In this document: positions 10,625 to 21,388 of the stretch, piece after piece
How the letters are laid out: every line of letters starts with the position of its first letter
How positions within the stretch are numbered: the stretch's first letter is position 1
Assembly (NCBI GenBank): GCA_963719515.1
Contig: CAVRCJ010000014.1
Span: forward strand, 96,001 to 160,000
Direction: 5' to 3'
Length of the DNA stretch: 64,000 bases
Source: an uncultured cyanobacterium
GTDB lineage: Bacteria > Cyanobacteriota > Cyanobacteriia > CAKZMO01
Notes under the pieces: generated by a model
Databases searched by the model: none
The model's input: only the letters and a program-made list of their open reading frames with translations
Told to the model about the DNA's origin: nothing
Program-made: the position numbers and the translations under genes

Positions 10625-10677
10625 ACGCATTTACCAATATAGCCAGAACTAACGCCGTTTAGCAAGACCTTGCTCGA

Positions 10678-11223
10678 TCATTTTCCGGAAAGGCCGTACC
10701 GCATCTGAGAAAGCCGCTGCAGAGCCACCGGGTCTAAAGCGTTAGAGAGCCGCCCTGAAGGACGCTGACGAGGTCTTCGCTGACGCACCTGCCGCTGCTG
10801 CTGGGCCATGTCTACAAGCAGATGCTGAGCGGAAACCCACTCTGCCCCGTATCCAACCACCATCAGTCGCTGAGCGCGGTCTGAAGTGGCCACAATCAGC
10901 CGCTGCTTAAATCGGCGCACGTCGTAGCGAAACTTGGCGCAGATCCGCTCGATGTAGGTATCCGCTGTTTGCCCAAACGGCGTGTAGTGAATTTGCAATG
11001 TGTTAGTGCGCTGATCGACGGAGGCTGGGCCGTGCCTCTCATAGGCATCAAATACCAGCCAGATGCAATAGCTCTTCAAAACGCCGTAGCTCATCATCGC
11101 CTCGGTCAAGCGGTGACGAGCGTCCTCTAGGCGACCCTGCTCGCGCAGCTGACTTAGGTCAGGGCAAGCGCCAATGATGTTATAGCCATCCACAACAAGG
11201 ATGGCGCTAGGCTGATGTGCCAT
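10678..11223 (-). CDS. NYN domain (YacP/Rae1-like) ribonuclease
   Basis: VVDGYNIIG, VFDA, TADTYIE and VATSD motifs. Confidence 0.85.
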   Translation of the reverse strand: MAHQPSAILVVDGYNIIGACPDLSQLREQGRLEDARHRLTEAMMSYGVLKSYCIWLVFDAYERHGPASVDQRTNTLQIHYTPFGQTADTYIERICAKFRYDVRRFKQRLIVATSDRAQRLMVVGYGAEWVSAQHLLVDMAQQQRQVRQRRPRQRPSGRLSNALDPVALQRLSQMRYGLSGK

Positions 11224-11365
11224 GGGTAAGCTTCCGGTATCGGTGTCCGATGCGTGAAGCGCGAGTAAGCCTTCGGCCAGCGCTCTAGCAGCAAGAAGTT
11301 GACTTAGACACCAGTGTAAGCCGATTGTCAAAAAACGTTGCACTACAGGCTACATTTTTCTACCT

Positions 11366-12055
11366 TTAGGACTGCATTTTGCGCTTGAGCCGCTGGGGAT
11401 CACCTTGGTCTACCACCTGTCCCCGCTCCAGTAAAAAGGCCCCGTCGCAGTAGTCAAGTTCATCTAGCCTGTGGGTGACCCACAGCGCCGTCAACCCCCG
11501 AGCTTTGACAAGACCCCTGACCTGCTCGACAAGCTCGGCTTGACTGCCGGGGTCCAGTAGCGCCGTCGGCTCATCGAACAGCAGCACACGGCTGTGGCGA
11601 GCGATCGCCCCGGCGATGGCGATCCGCTGCTTCTGACCGCCGCTGAGGGCGTAGATAGGCCGCTGTTTGAGGTGCTCTAGACGTACAGCAGCGAGCGCTT
11701 CGTCTACCCGGTGATGAATTTCGGGCAGCGGCAGGTGCTCATCCACCAAGCCAAAGGCAATATCAGCGCCCACCGTCGGCATGACGAGCTGGTGGTCTGG
11801 ATTTTGAAACACGTATCCCACCGGCCGCTGAACGTGAATCTGGCCCGATTGAGGAACCGTAAGGCCGCTCAGCAGCCGCAGCAGCGTTGACTTGCCGCTG
11901 CCGTTTTTCCCTAGAAGCATCCATAGCTCGCCTTCAGGCACCTCTAAGGAGCAGTCTTTCAAGATAGGGTCTGCGCTCGCCCAGCCAAAGCCAACCTGCT
12001 GGATGGCGATCGCTTTGGGGGGAGAGCCCTTTCCCGTTGCGGAAGGGTCAGCCAT
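11366..12055 (-). CDS. ECF-type (EcfA/CbiO-like) ABC ATPase
   Basis: GKNGSGKS, VFQNPDHQ, LSGGQKQR and DEPTALLD motifs. Confidence 0.9.
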   Translation of the reverse strand: MADPSATGKGSPPKAIAIQQVGFGWASADPILKDCSLEVPEGELWMLLGKNGSGKSTLLRLLSGLTVPQSGQIHVQRPVGYVFQNPDHQLVMPTVGADIAFGLVDEHLPLPEIHHRVDEALAAVRLEHLKQRPIYALSGGQKQRIAIAGAIARHSRVLLFDEPTALLDPGSQAELVEQVRGLVKARGLTALWVTHRLDELDYCDGAFLLERGQVVDQGDPQRLKRKMQS

Positions 12056-12103
12056 AACTATGCTGTCCCCTCCGCTAAGAGACTATAAGCCTGTTGCAAA
12101 GCC

Positions 12104-12373
12104 CTACTCCGCAAGAGCAAAGAAACCAGGGGGACGGCCCGACGCAGCAGCCGTACCGGATTTCTGCGTTAGCTGTACCGCAACGATGTCGCTGACCAAT
12201 ACGCCAATGAATTTATCAGGCTGCTGCTCGCAGGTGAGCTCTAGGGTGGCCTGTTCGCCCGAGTGCATGGTGTCGAAGATGTGCTGGTAAAGTGACTTAG
12301 CGTCATCCTCTTCCTTGCGCTGCACCGACAGCGTTACGGGAGAGTTACGCAATACAAGATCAATTATGAACAT
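12104..12373 (-). CDS. Conserved cyanobacterial small protein (UPF0367-like)
   Basis: MFIIDLVLRNSPVTLSVQRKE...RPPGFF; start moved to the ATG at 12373. Confidence 0.7.
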   Translation of the reverse strand: MFIIDLVLRNSPVTLSVQRKEEDDAKSLYQHIFDTMHSGEQATLELTCEQQPDKFIGVLVSDIVAVQLTQKSGTAAASGRPPGFFALAE

Positions 12374-12656
12374 AACCTTAAGCCTTAGAAGATGGAAGCC
12401 CACATCGTATTCTATCAATTGCCCGCGCTGCTGGCTTTTGCGGCGAATAGAGAAAGGAGCAGGCTCATCCATTTGATCCTGGAAATCTTTAAAGAAGTCT
12501 GATAAGATTATTAACAATCGTAAAGTCAGCTCATAAATTAGGCCGCCATCTGTATCGGCATTTGTGTAATGCAAGTTTGCCTAACGCGTATGGCTTCACG
12601 GCCTAGACTGACGAACTTATAAAATCAGCTGTAATACGTATCTGGAGATACTTCAT

Positions 12657-13715
12657 ATGACCGTAGCAATGGGACGGGCGCAAGCCAGTCGAGGATGGTT
12701 TGACGTCCTTGATGACTGGCTAAAGCGCGACCGATTCGTCTTTATTGGCTGGTCTGGTCTATTGCTGTTCCCCTGCGCCTACATGGCGGTGGGGGGCTGG
12801 CTGACTGGGACCACCTTCGTCACCTCGTGGTACACCCACGGACTGGCATCATCTTACTTAGAGGGCTGCAACTTTCTGACGGTTGCGGTCTCGACTCCTG
12901 CAGACAGCATGGGACACTCCATCTTGTTTTTGTGGGGACCGGAAGCGAACTGGAACCTGGTTCGCTGGTTTCAGGTTGGCGGGCTGTGGAGCTTTGTTGC
13001 GCTGCACGGCGCGTTTGGTCTGATTGGCTTTATGCTGCGGCAGTTTGAGATTGCGCGGCTGGTGGGGATTCGTCCTTACAACGCGATCGCCTTTTCTGGG
13101 CCGATTGCGGTGTTTGTGTCGGTATTCTTCATGTATCCGCTAGGTCAGTCGTCCTGGTTCTTTGCGCCGAGCTTCGGGGTAGCGGCAATCTTCCGCTTCC
13201 TGCTGTTTTTGCAGGGTTTCCACAACTGGACGCTGAACCCGTTCCACATGATGGGCGTGGCGGGCATTCTGGGCGGCGCTTTGCTGTGCGCGATTCACGG
13301 TGCGACGGTAGAGAACACGCTGTTCCAGGACGGCGAGCAGTCGAGCACGTTCCGTGCGTTCAACCCGACGCAGGCAGAAGAGACGTATTCGATGGTGACG
13401 GCGAACCGATTCTGGTCACAGATTTTCGGAATTGCGTTTTCGAACAAGCGGTGGCTGCACTTCTTCATGCTGTTTGTGCCGGTAACGGGACTGTGGATGT
13501 CGAGCATCGGGATTGTGGGTCTAGCGCTGAACCTGCGGGCGTATGACTTCACGTCACAGGAGATTCGGGCAGCCGAGGACCCTGAGTTTGAGACGTTCTA
13601 CACGAAGAACATTTTGTTGAACGAAGGTATTCGCTCCTGGATGGCAGTTCAGGACCAGCCTCACGAGCAGTTTGTATTCCCTGAGGAAGTACTGCCTCGC
13701 GGTAATGCGCTGTAG
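12657..13715 (+). CDS. psbD: Photosystem II D2 protein (monocistronic copy)
   Basis: Full D2 sequence from [11 protein letters not shown] to [10 protein letters not shown]; not followed by psbC. Confidence 0.99.
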   Translation: MTVAMGRAQASRGWFDVLDDWLKRDRFVFIGWSGLLLFPCAYMAVGGWLTGTTFVTSWYTHGLASSYLEGCNFLTVAVSTPADSMGHSILFLWGPEANWNLVRWFQVGGLWSFVALHGAFGLIGFMLRQFEIARLVGIRPYNAIAFSGPIAVFVSVFFMYPLGQSSWFFAPSFGVAAIFRFLLFLQGFHNWTLNPFHMMGVAGILGGALLCAIHGATVENTLFQDGEQSSTFRAFNPTQAEETYSMVTANRFWSQIFGIAFSNKRWLHFFMLFVPVTGLWMSSIGIVGLALNLRAYDFTSQEIRAAEDPEFETFYTKNILLNEGIRSWMAVQDQPHEQFVFPEEVLPRGNAL

Positions 13716-13778
13716 GCGATTGTCCTTTTCTGCAATTAATGCTCTTACAGCGGTTTGAGTCTTGATTGATCGATTTTT

Positions 13779-13808
13779 ATCCCCTGCCTTCGGGTGGGGG
13801 ATTTTTTT
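13779..13808 (+). terminator. Rho-independent terminator of psbD
   Basis: ATCCCCTGCC-TTCG-GGTGGGGGAT followed by a T-run. Confidence 0.8.
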
Positions 13809-13899
13809 GGCCGCGATCGCGCTGAGGCGGTGTAAATTGTGATGGAGCAGCCTGATTGTTAGGTCGTACGGCTGCAGGGCGAGGCTATAAGGAGTAAAT

Positions 13900-14544
13900 A
13901 TGAATTCAAATTTTTGGCTGCAAAAATGGAAGCAAAACAGCATTGCCTTCCATAAAAGCGAGGTCAACCCAGCGCTGGTCAGACACTTTGGCGCGCTTTC
14001 CCGAGAAAAAGGCGATCGCATCTTCCTACCCCTATGCGGCAAAACCCTCGACATCGCCTGGCTCCTCTCTGAAGGCTACCGCGTTGCCGGGGCCGAACTG
14101 GTCGAAATGGCCGTCGAGCAGCTGTTTGACGAGCTCGGGGTAAAGCCGACAATATCAGCAGCCGGAGAAACAAAGCGCTACAGCGCAAAAAACCTCGATA
14201 TTTTCGTGGGCAATGTCTTTGATCTGTCTCAGGAAATGCTCGGTCCGGTCGATGCAGTGTACGATAGAGCTGCCTTGGTTGCCCTTCCCAGAGAAGTGCG
14301 AAACCGATATACCGCGCACTTAATCCAAGCCACGGCCAACGCGCCGCAGCTGCTCATCACTTTTGAATACGACCAGAGCGCGATGGACGGTCCCCCATTT
14401 TCCATCAGCCCCGAAGAGGTGAGTCATCACTACGGCGATCGCTACGATGCGGCTCTTCTAGAGCGCACCGATATTCCCGACGGACTCAAAGGAAGATATC
14501 CGGCCAAAGAGGGCATCTGGCTGCTAAAGCCCTGTCAGGCCTGA
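13900..14544 (+). CDS. tpm: Thiopurine S-methyltransferase family protein
   Basis: FLPLCGKTLD, YDRAALVALP and GPPFS motifs. Confidence 0.9.
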   Translation: MNSNFWLQKWKQNSIAFHKSEVNPALVRHFGALSREKGDRIFLPLCGKTLDIAWLLSEGYRVAGAELVEMAVEQLFDELGVKPTISAAGETKRYSAKNLDIFVGNVFDLSQEMLGPVDAVYDRAALVALPREVRNRYTAHLIQATANAPQLLITFEYDQSAMDGPPFSISPEEVSHHYGDRYDAALLERTDIPDGLKGRYPAKEGIWLLKPCQA

Positions 14545-14625
14545 CGAAAACCGCAGCTTTGGCTCAATACCGCTAGCGATCGCCTAGGCGCTGCCGTTGA
14601 TTAAATCCTGCCTAAAATATCAGCA

Positions 14626-15507
14626 CTATCGCTCTGGCGGGAAGTAGAGCACCGGGTGCCAGCTTCGTCGGAGCAGCTCGCCTGCAAAGCTAGGGGAGGA
14701 TATCTCGATGAGCTTACCGAAGCTATCAGAAGAAATAGCGATCGCCGTAATGTCGTATTCCATAGCGGTGTGGAGCAGCTGAGGGATGCCTTGTCCTTGC
14801 CGAACCAAGGTTTCAACAGACAGTCCTAGCTCTTCTAGCTGCGGCTTGACTGCGGTGAGTGAGTCTTCTGCCTCCTGTAGCTTATAGCTTTGCATGTCGC
14901 GGAGGCCTTTGCGGTTCACGTCATCGACAGAGCGAAACAGCAGACATTCTTTGAGAAAGCCAGACTGGTCGTTGGCATAGTGCTTAACCTTACCGAGTAA
15001 GTAATTAGCGGCATTGCTGCTGTCGTAGGGAAGCAGCAAATAGCGGAACAGATGCTGACACCGCAAATCGAGTTCTTCAACCGTATAGGTCGAGATCAGC
15101 TGCGGTCTGAGAATGAGCAGCGGAATGGTCAGTTTTTTGCACAGGTCAACCGTTGTGCTGCCAAATAGACGCTCAGTCAAGCGGCTGCGGCTCGGCATGC
15201 CCAAAAAGATGACATCGGGCTGATGCGCTTTGATAGCCCGATTGATGTGGTCGGTTGGCTTGCCGGATTGAACATCAATCTCCACTGTCATGCCGTCAGG
15301 AACAGCGGCCATATCCTCCGCCAGCCGATCTCGCATGACCTGCTCTTGCTCTTCATCAGGTCGCGGAATCTCTCGGTCTTCCGGTAATGCCAGGGTATGG
15401 AGAAACGTGATGTGCTCGAGACCCGCTTTCTTGAGGCTAGGCACAAAACGTACGAACCGATGCAAACCGTCTTTGAAATCGGTGCAGATTAGAGCACGCC
15501 GAAACAT
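14626..15507 (-). CDS. Universal stress protein (tandem USP domains)
   Basis: LICTDF...LFGSTT and LLLPYDSS USP motifs. Confidence 0.85.
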   Translation of the reverse strand: MFRRALICTDFKDGLHRFVRFVPSLKKAGLEHITFLHTLALPEDREIPRPDEEQEQVMRDRLAEDMAAVPDGMTVEIDVQSGKPTDHINRAIKAHQPDVIFLGMPSRSRLTERLFGSTTVDLCKKLTIPLLILRPQLISTYTVEELDLRCQHLFRYLLLPYDSSNAANYLLGKVKHYANDQSGFLKECLLFRSVDDVNRKGLRDMQSYKLQEAEDSLTAVKPQLEELGLSVETLVRQGQGIPQLLHTAMEYDITAIAISSDSFGKLIEISSPSFAGELLRRSWHPVLYFPPER

Positions 15508-15881
15508 AGGTATTTTGCCGCTAACGTCCTGGCAACTATTTTGCCTTATCTAGACCCTACTCCAAATCACTCTCTACACATAGATTGGCATTAGATCTCG
15601 TCTAAATTGAAAAACGGAGCTTCGCCAATAGGGAAACGCCGCTTCTCAGGGTGATTTTGGTTGGTACGCTGTTTTAATGTCGAGACTACAGCTTAAATAC
15701 GTTACGAATCTTGAATATAGAGCTATTGAATAAGAGTTAGAAAGTAATGACGCCGCGCGCACGACGAGATTGGCAAGATGCGATCGCCAATGTAGCGAAG
15801 TAGTAGGCCCCGGCCTCTCCAGCCCTTCTCCAGATGGAACTAGGCAAGAGTAAGGAGGTCGCCACTCCACATACCGTTGAC

Positions 15882-16079
15882 TTAGTCGAACTTCGGCCCA
15901 GAATCAATTCCCCATTCACACTTCAAGAAGTGCTTGTACATACTTTCGCGCATCATCATCTGCTCATAGAGCTTAACTAGGAACTGCTGGGCTTGCTCCC
16001 GGCTCATATGGGCGACCTGAGTCTCAAAAGAACGGAGGTTGAATTGCTGCTCTAAGTTCAGTTCACCAGGTTGAGACAT
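15882..16079 (-). CDS. nblA: Phycobilisome degradation protein NblA
   Basis: LNLEQQFNLRSF...MSREQAQ signature. Confidence 0.92.
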   Translation of the reverse strand: MSQPGELNLEQQFNLRSFETQVAHMSREQAQQFLVKLYEQMMMRESMYKHFLKCEWGIDSGPKFD

Positions 16080-16148
16080 ACTTGTACTCCTCAAATGAAG
16101 AATTGTAAGGGTGAGTATCAGCGATCAGCGAGCTATGAGCTTCGCCTT

Positions 16149-16176
16149 GTTACAAAGCATAACAAGAGTTTGACAA
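16149..16176. promoter_or_regulatory. HLR1-like (RpaB) direct repeats upstream of nblA
   Basis: GTTACAAA-gc-ATAACAAG-ag-TTTGACAA, 10-bp periodicity. Confidence 0.5.
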
Positions 16177-16396
16177 AGTGTGCATTCCCCCTATGGGCTA
16201 TATTCAGGTTGGCAGTACCCCATAACGAACTGTCAATGCCATAGTGCAAACCTATTTGACTGGCTCAGTTGTAGCAGATTAAGAATTGTAAAGTAGTTTG
16301 CCACGAACCAAGTTTCATGGTTAGTCACCATGGCGTCATGAGAATCTAGGCGCTTCAGCTCCCACCAGGCTGTAATGCAGCAAACCCCTGTTAGCC

Positions 16397-17131
16397 CTAG
16401 CCGTTTGGATCTTGGGTAGAGTAGTCGACCATGACAACAGTGATGTTGTCTCGACCTCCCTGTTGCTTCGCCGCATTTACCAGCTCAGCGGCGACTTGGT
16501 CGTCATTAGAGGCCAAATATTTGGCAATTAGGCTGTCCGAAAGCTCTTCCGTCAGTCCATCGCTACAGAGCAGAAGGCGATCGCCAATTTGCCAGTCAAA
16601 CAGCGCCACGTCGGCGTCCTGCAGGTCTTCTCGTCCCAGACACCGAGACAGAATATGACGCCACGGATGAACTCGCGCTTCCTCAGACGAGATATCTCCC
16701 AGCTTTATCGCCCGAGCGACCCAGGTGTGATCCTCTGTAATTTGCTCCAAATCGCGATTGCGGAAGCGATACAGGCGGGAGTCTCCAATGTGGGCACACC
16801 ACGCTCCATCCTCCCTAAATACTACGACTACTGCCGTTGTGCCCATATCCGAGCGCTCAGAGTGAGTTTCTTGGTCCAATAGGATGGCGTCATTGGCCTT
16901 ACGGATCGACAGCTGCAGTAAATCTTGGGAGGAGTGCTCGGATGCCCAATGCTCGTCAAGGCAATCTCGGATAACGCCTGCAGCGATGCGGCTGGCCTCT
17001 TGACCCCCGGCATGACCTCCCATCCCATCAGCGACGATACAGAATCGCTCCTGTGGGTCAATGTAGTAGGTGTCTTGATTCCCTGAACGGACCAGTCCAG
17101 GATCAGTCAGCCCCTTAAACAGGCGTTTCAT
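16397..17131 (-). CDS. PP2C-type Ser/Thr phosphatase (PphA-like)
   Basis: VADGMGGHAGG, HIGDSRLY, LCSDGL and GRDNITV motifs. Confidence 0.92.
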   Translation of the reverse strand: MKRLFKGLTDPGLVRSGNQDTYYIDPQERFCIVADGMGGHAGGQEASRIAAGVIRDCLDEHWASEHSSQDLLQLSIRKANDAILLDQETHSERSDMGTTAVVVVFREDGAWCAHIGDSRLYRFRNRDLEQITEDHTWVARAIKLGDISSEEARVHPWRHILSRCLGREDLQDADVALFDWQIGDRLLLCSDGLTEELSDSLIAKYLASNDDQVAAELVNAAKQQGGRDNITVVMVDYSTQDPNG

Positions 17132-17133
17132 AG

Positions 17134-18936
17134 CTACGGCATGCGGTCGTATCGGTTGAGACGAAGCAGTAGACGGACCAAGGCTACCCCCGTCGCAAGA
17201 CTAGCTAAACCTGCCAAGCATGCCAGAAAAACGTAGCCGCTGACCAACAAAATGGTAGCAGACAGGACGAAGGCAACGACCAGTAAGGTGTAGTTCGTTC
17301 CCATGTTGACGCTACCGATGCGCCTAAGTTCCCGGTCGGTTTCAATCGACCTAATGCGAATCCGCAGGTCGCCTCGGTCGAGCTTGCCAATGGTGTTGTC
17401 TATGCGCTGGGGCAAGCCAAACGCTGTTGTGCCAACCTGGGCCGCCTGACGGCTAATTTCGTTCAAAAGGCCGTTAGAGGATGAGGGGGTTTCGTTGGTC
17501 ATAAGCTCTAGCGCAAACGGACGCGCTACCTCCATAAAATTGAATTCTGGATCAAGCCCTTTGCCTACTCCTTCTAGAGTGGAGAACGCCCTCATGACAA
17601 AGGTAAACGTCGCTGGAAAGCGAAATGGCTGGTCGTAGGCGATTTCATAGAGGTCGTCGCTGATGGCGCTGACGGACTGAGCTTCAAACGGCTTGTCCAT
17701 GAAATTGTCCAGCATGAACTGGACCGAGCGCCGCACCGGACCCATATCTTCTGCCGGGGCTAGAGCTCCCAACTCAACTAGCGAGGTCACAACTCTGCCG
17801 GCGTCTTTCTGAGCAATACCAAAAAAGGTGTCCATGAGGCGATCGCGGGTCACCGTCTGAATTTGCCCCATCATGCCAAAGTCGTAAAAGATAAGCGCCC
17901 CGTCCGGACTAACCGCCAAGTTCCCGGGGTGCGGATCGGCGTGGAAAAAGCCGTCACGCAGCAGCTGGTGCAGATAGGCTTCTGCGCCCATACGAGCCAG
18001 CGCCTTGCGGTCGAGGCCAGCGGCATCCAGCGCATCATGGTGGCTAATTTTGATGCCGGGCATATACTCCAGAGTGAGCACCCTCGGAGAGGCATAGCGC
18101 CAGTACACCCGAGGCACTTTAGCCCACTCTTGCTCTCTAAAATTACGGCGAAACGTATCGGCGTTTCGTCCCTCGTTGAGGTACTCGATCTCTTCCCACA
18201 GGATGCGGCAGCACTCTTCGTAGATGCCCATCCAGTCGCGACCCCGCCCCCAATCGGGATGCTGCTGAAAGTAGCGGGCGATGCCCTTGAGAATATCTAG
18301 GTCAATCTCGAACAGCTTTTTGAGGCCGGGGCGCTGAATTTTGACAACAACGTCTTCCCCAGAATGGAGCCGTGCCCGGTGAACCTGACCTAAGCTTGCT
18401 GCAGCGAGGGGAATCGGGTCAAAGCTGGCGTATAGCTCAGAGATAGGCCTACCAAAATCGCTCCGAATGATCTCCTCAACCTGCTCGTAGTTGAAAGCAG
18501 GCACTCGGTCCTGCAGCTTGGAGAGTTCCTCGACGTATTCTGCAGGAAATAGGTCTGCTCGTGTCGAAAAGAGCTGACCTATTTTGATGAACGTCGGGCC
18601 CAGATCCAGCAGCATTTCGCGAATCCAGACGGCCAGCTTCCGGCGGCGCTGCGCTTGGGCCTCTTCAGTTACCGGTCCTTGATAGCTCCAGCCTTGCCGG
18701 TAGCGCCACCGAGAGGCAATCAGGCGCAGCACAAAAGTCCAGATATGAAGAAATCGCTCTGGCTTGGAGTAGCGATCGCGACTCCAGCTGTAGATTTTTC
18801 CGGGATTTGCGGGCGCATCAGCGCCGTTGAGTACAGCGCTCGTCATGAGAATTGTCGCGTCGCTCGAAAGTTGAGACATCGCTGCGTCACTCTCAGGAGG
18901 CTCGGGCAATGTGGAGGGGCTAGAGAGGAGGGACAC
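17134..18936 (-). CDS. AarF/ABC1/UbiB family kinase
   Basis: LGPTFIKIGQ, AAASLGQVH, FFHADPHPGN and DFGM motifs. Confidence 0.93.
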   Translation of the reverse strand: MSLLSSPSTLPEPPESDAAMSQLSSDATILMTSAVLNGADAPANPGKIYSWSRDRYSKPERFLHIWTFVLRLIASRWRYRQGWSYQGPVTEEAQAQRRRKLAVWIREMLLDLGPTFIKIGQLFSTRADLFPAEYVEELSKLQDRVPAFNYEQVEEIIRSDFGRPISELYASFDPIPLAAASLGQVHRARLHSGEDVVVKIQRPGLKKLFEIDLDILKGIARYFQQHPDWGRGRDWMGIYEECCRILWEEIEYLNEGRNADTFRRNFREQEWAKVPRVYWRYASPRVLTLEYMPGIKISHHDALDAAGLDRKALARMGAEAYLHQLLRDGFFHADPHPGNLAVSPDGALIFYDFGMMGQIQTVTRDRLMDTFFGIAQKDAGRVVTSLVELGALAPAEDMGPVRRSVQFMLDNFMDKPFEAQSVSAISDDLYEIAYDQPFRFPATFTFVMRAFSTLEGVGKGLDPEFNFMEVARPFALELMTNETPSSSNGLLNEISRQAAQVGTTAFGLPQRIDNTIGKLDRGDLRIRIRSIETDRELRRIGSVNMGTNYTLLVVAFVLSATILLVSGYVFLACLAGLASLATGVALVRLLLRLNRYDRMP

Positions 18937-19090
18937 CTATAAATCTCATTAAACGTAGGTATTCAACAGGGAGGGAAGATTAATGATAATGTTAAAAGTC
19001 TTTAACAAAATTTACCACAACGACAAGGTTCACCGCTAGCCCCTTACCGGCGGCAAGTGAGATAACGATTACCCCACGGGCTGATGAAGT

Positions 19091-19432
19091 CTACGAGGCG
19101 GCGCGGTTGCGGTACCGCTGCAGCTCTGCTCTGAGCTGAGCAGTCTCAGCCCTGACGTCGTCAATCGTGGCCTGTAGTTCGGCTGGTGAGGTTGTCATCG
19201 GATTCGAAGACGAAGCGGGGGCTGTGGTGGCTACTTGCTGAGACGCTTGCTGCTCTTCATAAACGGCGCGCTCCATCACCTGCTCAGTGAACACACGCAG
19301 GTTTTCTCGCTGCTCAGCGTCAAATCGTCCAATCTCACTGAGCAGCTGCGTGACAGCAGCTTCGGCCTGCTCACCAATCGCTTCGGCTGCAGCTCGACCC
19401 ACAAAGAAAGCGCGAACTAACGGATCGCTCAT
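19091..19432 (-). CDS. Conserved cyanobacterial hypothetical protein
   Basis: AFFVGRA...LRAELQRYR; lies directly upstream of the ABC1 kinase. Confidence 0.75.
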   Translation of the reverse strand: MSDPLVRAFFVGRAAAEAIGEQAEAAVTQLLSEIGRFDAEQRENLRVFTEQVMERAVYEEQQASQQVATTAPASSSNPMTTSPAELQATIDDVRAETAQLRAELQRYRNRAAS

Positions 19433-19592
19433 AATAATGCCTAACGGTTAATGTACTCGAAGTAACATAAATCTATGTATTCGCAAAGATTATAACGTTC
19501 TCAACATCTCTTGTGCGTCCCTCCACCGGTCACTTTACGGCGGTGTCTCAGACCCGCAGCACTCTAGCCCCCTTGCCAAACCCCCACAAATT

Positions 19593-20798
19593 TTGAATAG
19601 CATCAAGCTTAGATTAGAGCGGGCCGGCGTCAATCCTGCCTACAGCGGTTGGCTAATCGGGGGGTTGGCTGGATTCTTCTTTATGGCCGCGACCAACACC
19701 TTGGCGGGCTGGCTTTACCTTATAAGCGGCCTTATGGTAGCAATGCTTCTAGTGGCTATCTTATTGGTGAGGCGAGCCCTAGATGGCCTCGAAGTGAGGC
19801 TCTCGCCCCTACCTCCAATCCACGCTGGCGACCGGGTTTCTGTGGCACTTACTCTACACAACAGTCGCCCCGCGCCGAGCCAGCCCGTTCAGGTCATTAG
19901 CGGCTGGCCGCTGTCCTTAGCTGCGCCTGCTCAGATCACCGTCGAGAGTATTGCTGCCCGCACTGATCGGCGCTGCTTCCTAACCACTACCGCTGCCCAA
20001 CGCGGGCTTTACCGGTGGCCCAGCGTAATCCTGCGGACCGCTGCTCCTCTGGGGCTCTTTTGGTACCGCCGAGCCTCTCCGGCACCCGCCCGGCTCGCGG
20101 TCTATCCCCAGATTATTTCGCTATCGCGCTGTCCAATTCTTGATGACCTAACCGGTCTCAGCCTCCAGGACAACAGGCTGCTAGCACTGCGGCAGCGGCG
20201 TGCTGATTTGGACACGGCTGGAACGATGCGATCGCTGCGGCCGTATCGCTGGGGCGACCCACTGCGGCTGGTTCACTGGCGATCGAGCGCTCGCTACGGG
20301 CAGCTGCGGACGCGGGAGATGGAGGAGTCTTTCAATCAGCGTCAGATTACGGTCGCCCTCGATCAGGGCAGCTGGCAAGCAGACCACTTCGAGCAGGCCG
20401 TGACGGTAGCAGCCTCACTGGTCCGCTACGCCCTCGACCATCGAATCGGCGTCCAGCTATGGACTGCTGAAACCGGGGCGGTGACGGACGTGACCGCTAT
20501 GATGGAGACGCTGGCCCAGATTGATTTCGAGGCTGGAGGCGAGGCTGGGACTGTTGAGGGTAGCCCCGATAGGCTGAGTAGCGCTCACAGCGCCTCGAAT
20601 TGCTCTGGTCAGGAGGGCTACATTGGCCTGACGTCTGATTTGTCCGGTGGGTCTCGACCTATGCAGGCAGGCATCCCTCAGGCCTGGGTTGTTTGGCCAG
20701 CGCGGCTCGCCAAAGCCTACCCCAAAGAAGTCGATGGCGCTGAGGTCCTTCAAATCCGGCCCGACCAGCCCCTGCAGCCCCAGCTCCAGCGTAAATAG
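19593..20798 (+). CDS. DUF58 domain protein
   Basis: LRPYRWGDPLRLVHWRSSAR motif; N-terminal transmembrane segments. Confidence 0.85.
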   Translation: MNSIKLRLERAGVNPAYSGWLIGGLAGFFFMAATNTLAGWLYLISGLMVAMLLVAILLVRRALDGLEVRLSPLPPIHAGDRVSVALTLHNSRPAPSQPVQVISGWPLSLAAPAQITVESIAARTDRRCFLTTTAAQRGLYRWPSVILRTAAPLGLFWYRRASPAPARLAVYPQIISLSRCPILDDLTGLSLQDNRLLALRQRRADLDTAGTMRSLRPYRWGDPLRLVHWRSSARYGQLRTREMEESFNQRQITVALDQGSWQADHFEQAVTVAASLVRYALDHRIGVQLWTAETGAVTDVTAMMETLAQIDFEAGGEAGTVEGSPDRLSSAHSASNCSGQEGYIGLTSDLSGGSRPMQAGIPQAWVVWPARLAKAYPKEVDGAEVLQIRPDQPLQPQLQRK

Positions 20799-20819
20799 TT
20801 GTCCTAGAGGAGTTGACAG

Positions 20820-21209
20820 ATGGAAGCGATCGCGCAGGAGTTCAACGGCGGCATCGCGCAGTTCAATCGCGGCGAGTTTTACGCCTGCCACGACACTTTA
20901 GAAGCGCTGTGGATGGAGGCAAGCGACCCAAACCGGTCCTTTCTTCAGGGTATTTTGCAGATTGCCGTCGGCCTCTACCACCTGACAAATCACAATTGGC
21001 AGGGCGCGGTCACTCTCTTGGGCAACGGCATCAATCGGCTACGTTCCTACAGGCCAAACTACGGGAGCGTGGATGTCGAGCATCTGCTAGCTTGGACGAC
21101 TGGTTTGCTTCAAGATCTGCAAATAGCGGGACCAGAGGCTGTAGTCGAGGGGGCTGAGCGCCTGTTATCGGGCTTTGAGACAGAGTCATACACCATCCGC
21201 AGCCTCTAA
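20820..21209 (+). CDS. DUF309 domain protein
   Basis: FNRGEFYACHDTLEALW motif. Confidence 0.85.
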   Translation: MEAIAQEFNGGIAQFNRGEFYACHDTLEALWMEASDPNRSFLQGILQIAVGLYHLTNHNWQGAVTLLGNGINRLRSYRPNYGSVDVEHLLAWTTGLLQDLQIAGPEAVVEGAERLLSGFETESYTIRSL

Positions 21210-21388
21210 GGGCAGCTTTTAGAGGTAGCCTTCGGGGGAAAAGGTTCTAGCCGTGGCCGCGGTGGACTAAGTGTTCCACAGGCTGCAGCGACCAGTCGTT
21301 AGACTGGCCGGAGTGCTATTGCAGAATCTAAGCGAACGTCAGTATGCTTGGAGTACAGTCTTTACGCAGTTAACATCGCAGGTACGCT

